From Moraxella nasicaprae (lineage in GTDB: Bacteria > Pseudomonadota > Gammaproteobacteria > Pseudomonadales > Moraxellaceae), in contig NZ_CP089977.1 of assembly GCF_025643275.1 (NCBI RefSeq), positions 540,001-572,000 of the forward strand: DNA of 32,000 bases, read 5' to 3'. The stretch's first letter is position 1. Each line of letters opens with the position of its first letter. The notes beneath the pieces are model-generated. The model was not told where the DNA came from. It did not search any database and saw only the letters and a list, made by a program, of their open reading frames with translations. Position numbers and translations under genes: made by a program. Shown here piece after piece: positions 29,934 to 32,000 of this stretch.

Positions 29934-31795
29934 ATGAATTGGCAAAGTGAGTTGAGCGGTTCTGGACTTTGGTTTGTTCAGGCCTTTTTTTGGTCGTGCC
30001 TTATCTTGTGGCTAAGTGGGGCGATACTGATTACGCAGACTAAGATTGGACGAAAGTTTTGGCAGATTACCAAGCCTTGTCTAAGCCTTGCAAGTACTTT
30101 TAAGACCTTGCTGATGGTTGGGCTGCTGGTGGCTTTTGTGCTGCTAGAAGTGCGTATCAGTGTACTCAATACCTTTTTTTATAAGGGATTGTATGATGCC
30201 TTGCAAGAGATGGATTGGCAGGCTTTTTGGTTTTTTGCACTTATCAATGCTGGCATTGTTGCACTTAGAGTAATCCAAGAGATTGTGGACAGTTTTTTGG
30301 GGCAGAAATTTGAAATTCATTGGCTAGAAAAACTAAACGCCCACCTCTTGACCCGCTGGCTTAGTAACCACAACTACTACCGCTTACAGAATGCCTTTAA
30401 TAGCAATCTATCGGTTGGTAATGAACGCACACTTGATAACATAGACCAAAGGATAGAACAGGACGCGACCGCCTTTATTTCAGATACGGTAGCACTGGTC
30501 AGAGGTATGATGAATTCGGTGCTGTCATCCATTGAATTCACACTGATTCTGTGGCAGCTGTCTGGGGTGCTGGTGCTGCTTGGGCTTAGTATTCCAAAAG
30601 GGGTGGTGTTTTTGCTTTATGTCTTTATTCTTATCGCCACGGTGATGTCTATGTGGATTGGTAAGCCTTTGATTCGTCTGAATTTTAATAAAGAAAAAAA
30701 CACGGCGACTATCGTTATGCACTCATTCAAGTTCGTAACCATAGCGAAAGCATTGCCTTTTATCAAGGCGAACAACAAGAAAAAATAACTTTAACGCAGC
30801 GATTTTCGGCAATTATCAAGAACCGCTGGGCAATCATCAAACAATCCTTAATGCTTGATGGTTTTAACTCTGGCGTCACTCAGCTATCCAAACTGTTGCC
30901 GATTATGCTGCAAGCGCCCCGTTTTTTTGCAGGCGAGATTAAGCTTGGTGATGTGCATCAGACGGTGCAGTCCTTTAATCGTTTGATGACTGCCTTGTCC
31001 TTTTTCCGCCTGTTTTATGAGCAGTTTACGCTGTATCAGGCAAGGATAAACCGCTTACAGAGCTTTTTGCAGGCGATAGATGAGCTGGATAACAAACAGC
31101 CCAACCACACGCAACCAAATAATCCAACAGATACGCCAGCACCGACCATCAGTGCTACCACCCCACAAGAGCAGTCGGCACAGCTTTGCTTAAACCAAGT
31201 AGGGCTAACCAAAGTAGAGGGCGGACTGCTGTTTTCCCCTGTCAGTGTCTCGCTTGGTCGTGGCGATAGGTTACTGATAATGGGTGAGTCAGGCATTGGC
31301 AAAAGTAGCCTACTCCGTGCGATTGCAGGCTTATATCCCTTGCCGATGGTGGGGGCGATTGACATTGCGATGGGTCTTAAGCTTTGGTTTGTGCCGCAGC
31401 GAAGTTATACGCCACAGGGGAGTTTGCGTGCGGTGGTTTGTTATCCTGTCTTGCAGGCAGATGATGACACGCTAATCAGGCTAATGTGCCTGTGTGGGCT
31501 GGATAATTTCGTCCACCGCCTTGATGAAGTGGCAGATTGGCAGCACATTCTATCCCCTGGTCAGATACATCGGATTGGCTTTGTGCGAATCTTATTGGTT
31601 GCCCCTGATGTGGTGTTCTTGGACGAGGCGACTTCTGCATTGGACGAGCAGAATGAACGCCGAATGTATGAGCTATTAAACTGCCATCTACCCCACGCCA
31701 TCATCGTGAGTGTGGGGCATGGAAGTACTTTGATTGACTATCATAACCGCCAGCTGTGTCTGGTCAGTGAGAACAAGTCGTTCTATCAGCCTTAG
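29934..31795 (+). pseudogene. SbmA/BacA-family (YddA-like) fused permease-ATPase ABC transporter, frameshifted in an A7 tract
   Basis: The N-terminal TMD is in frame 3 (29934-30788). The rest, including the NBD, is in frame 2: Walker A GESGIGKSS, signature LSPGQIHRI, Walker B VVFLDEATSALD, H-loop SVGH. Frame 2 is open only from 30692 and reads HGDYRYALIQVRNHSESIAFYQGEQQEK. The frame switch is therefore confined to AAGAAAAAAAC (30691-30701). A Pro/Thr/Gln-rich linker lies at about 31090-31180. Confidence 0.8.
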
Positions 31796-31847
31796 GCTTG
31801 TTAAGTTAAAAAATGCTTGGCTCTAGACCATCAAAATTTAAAAAAAT

Positions 31848-32000
31848 CTCACTTAATCAAGCTCCATAAATGGCGTTGCAACTCATCAACATCTTTGTTC
31901 CAACGCCATTCACATTCTTTTAAGCGTAGGTCAAAGTTGGCAGCAACACCGTTAAATTTAGCAAGTCGTCTTTTGCTAAAACTCCAAAAGCTCTCAATGT
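31848..32000 (-). mobile_element. IS1595-family (IS1016/ISXO2-like) transposase, C-terminal end, truncated by the window edge
   Basis: My minus-strand translation is IESFWSFSKRRLAKFNGVAANFDLRLKECEWRWNKDVDELQRHLWSLIK*. This is the characteristic C-terminal motif of DDE_Tnp_IS1595 transposases (IE.FWS..KRRLAKF.G....F.LHLKE.E.RFN). The stop is at 31850-31848. Confidence 0.7.

Overview
Most of this window (1 to about 24.4 kb) looks like ordinary core chromosome of an AT-rich gammaproteobacterium. Gene content and order suggest Moraxellaceae, but that is inference only. The core part carries comEC, the ispD-ftsB-eno-kdsA-pyrG block, a translationally coupled ccoNOQP cbb3 oxidase operon facing an SCP2-ccoG-fixH-like unit, and a YkuD/lipoprotein/LysR trio. 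It also carries argG-pyrC-rnt-yajQ, a single tRNA-Glu(UUC), an Epd/GAPDH-like gene coupled to a Pif1-type helicase, and many clear hairpin terminators. The right quarter (about 24.4-32 kb) is accessory-like. It starts with an HxlR-type redox module (KefF/G-like quinone reductase, SnoaL-like lipoprotein, nitroreductase) that has a perfect 20-bp palindromic operator and is bracketed by two near-identical hairpin terminators. Next comes a short relic of an Old Yellow Enzyme gene. After that is a more GC-rich operon with a consensus promoter and Fur box, encoding a TonB-dependent receptor and an SbmA/BacA-type ABC transporter. Both of these genes are interrupted: the receptor by an in-frame TAG, the transporter by a frameshift confined to an A7 run. 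The window ends inside an IS1595-family transposase. I did not find a convincing new multi-gene system such as a defence island, CRISPR array or toxin-antitoxin pair. The items most worth a second look are the decaying or switchable iron-uptake locus and its long leader, the duplicated terminator element, and the signal-less YkuD enzyme coupled to a small lipoprotein.
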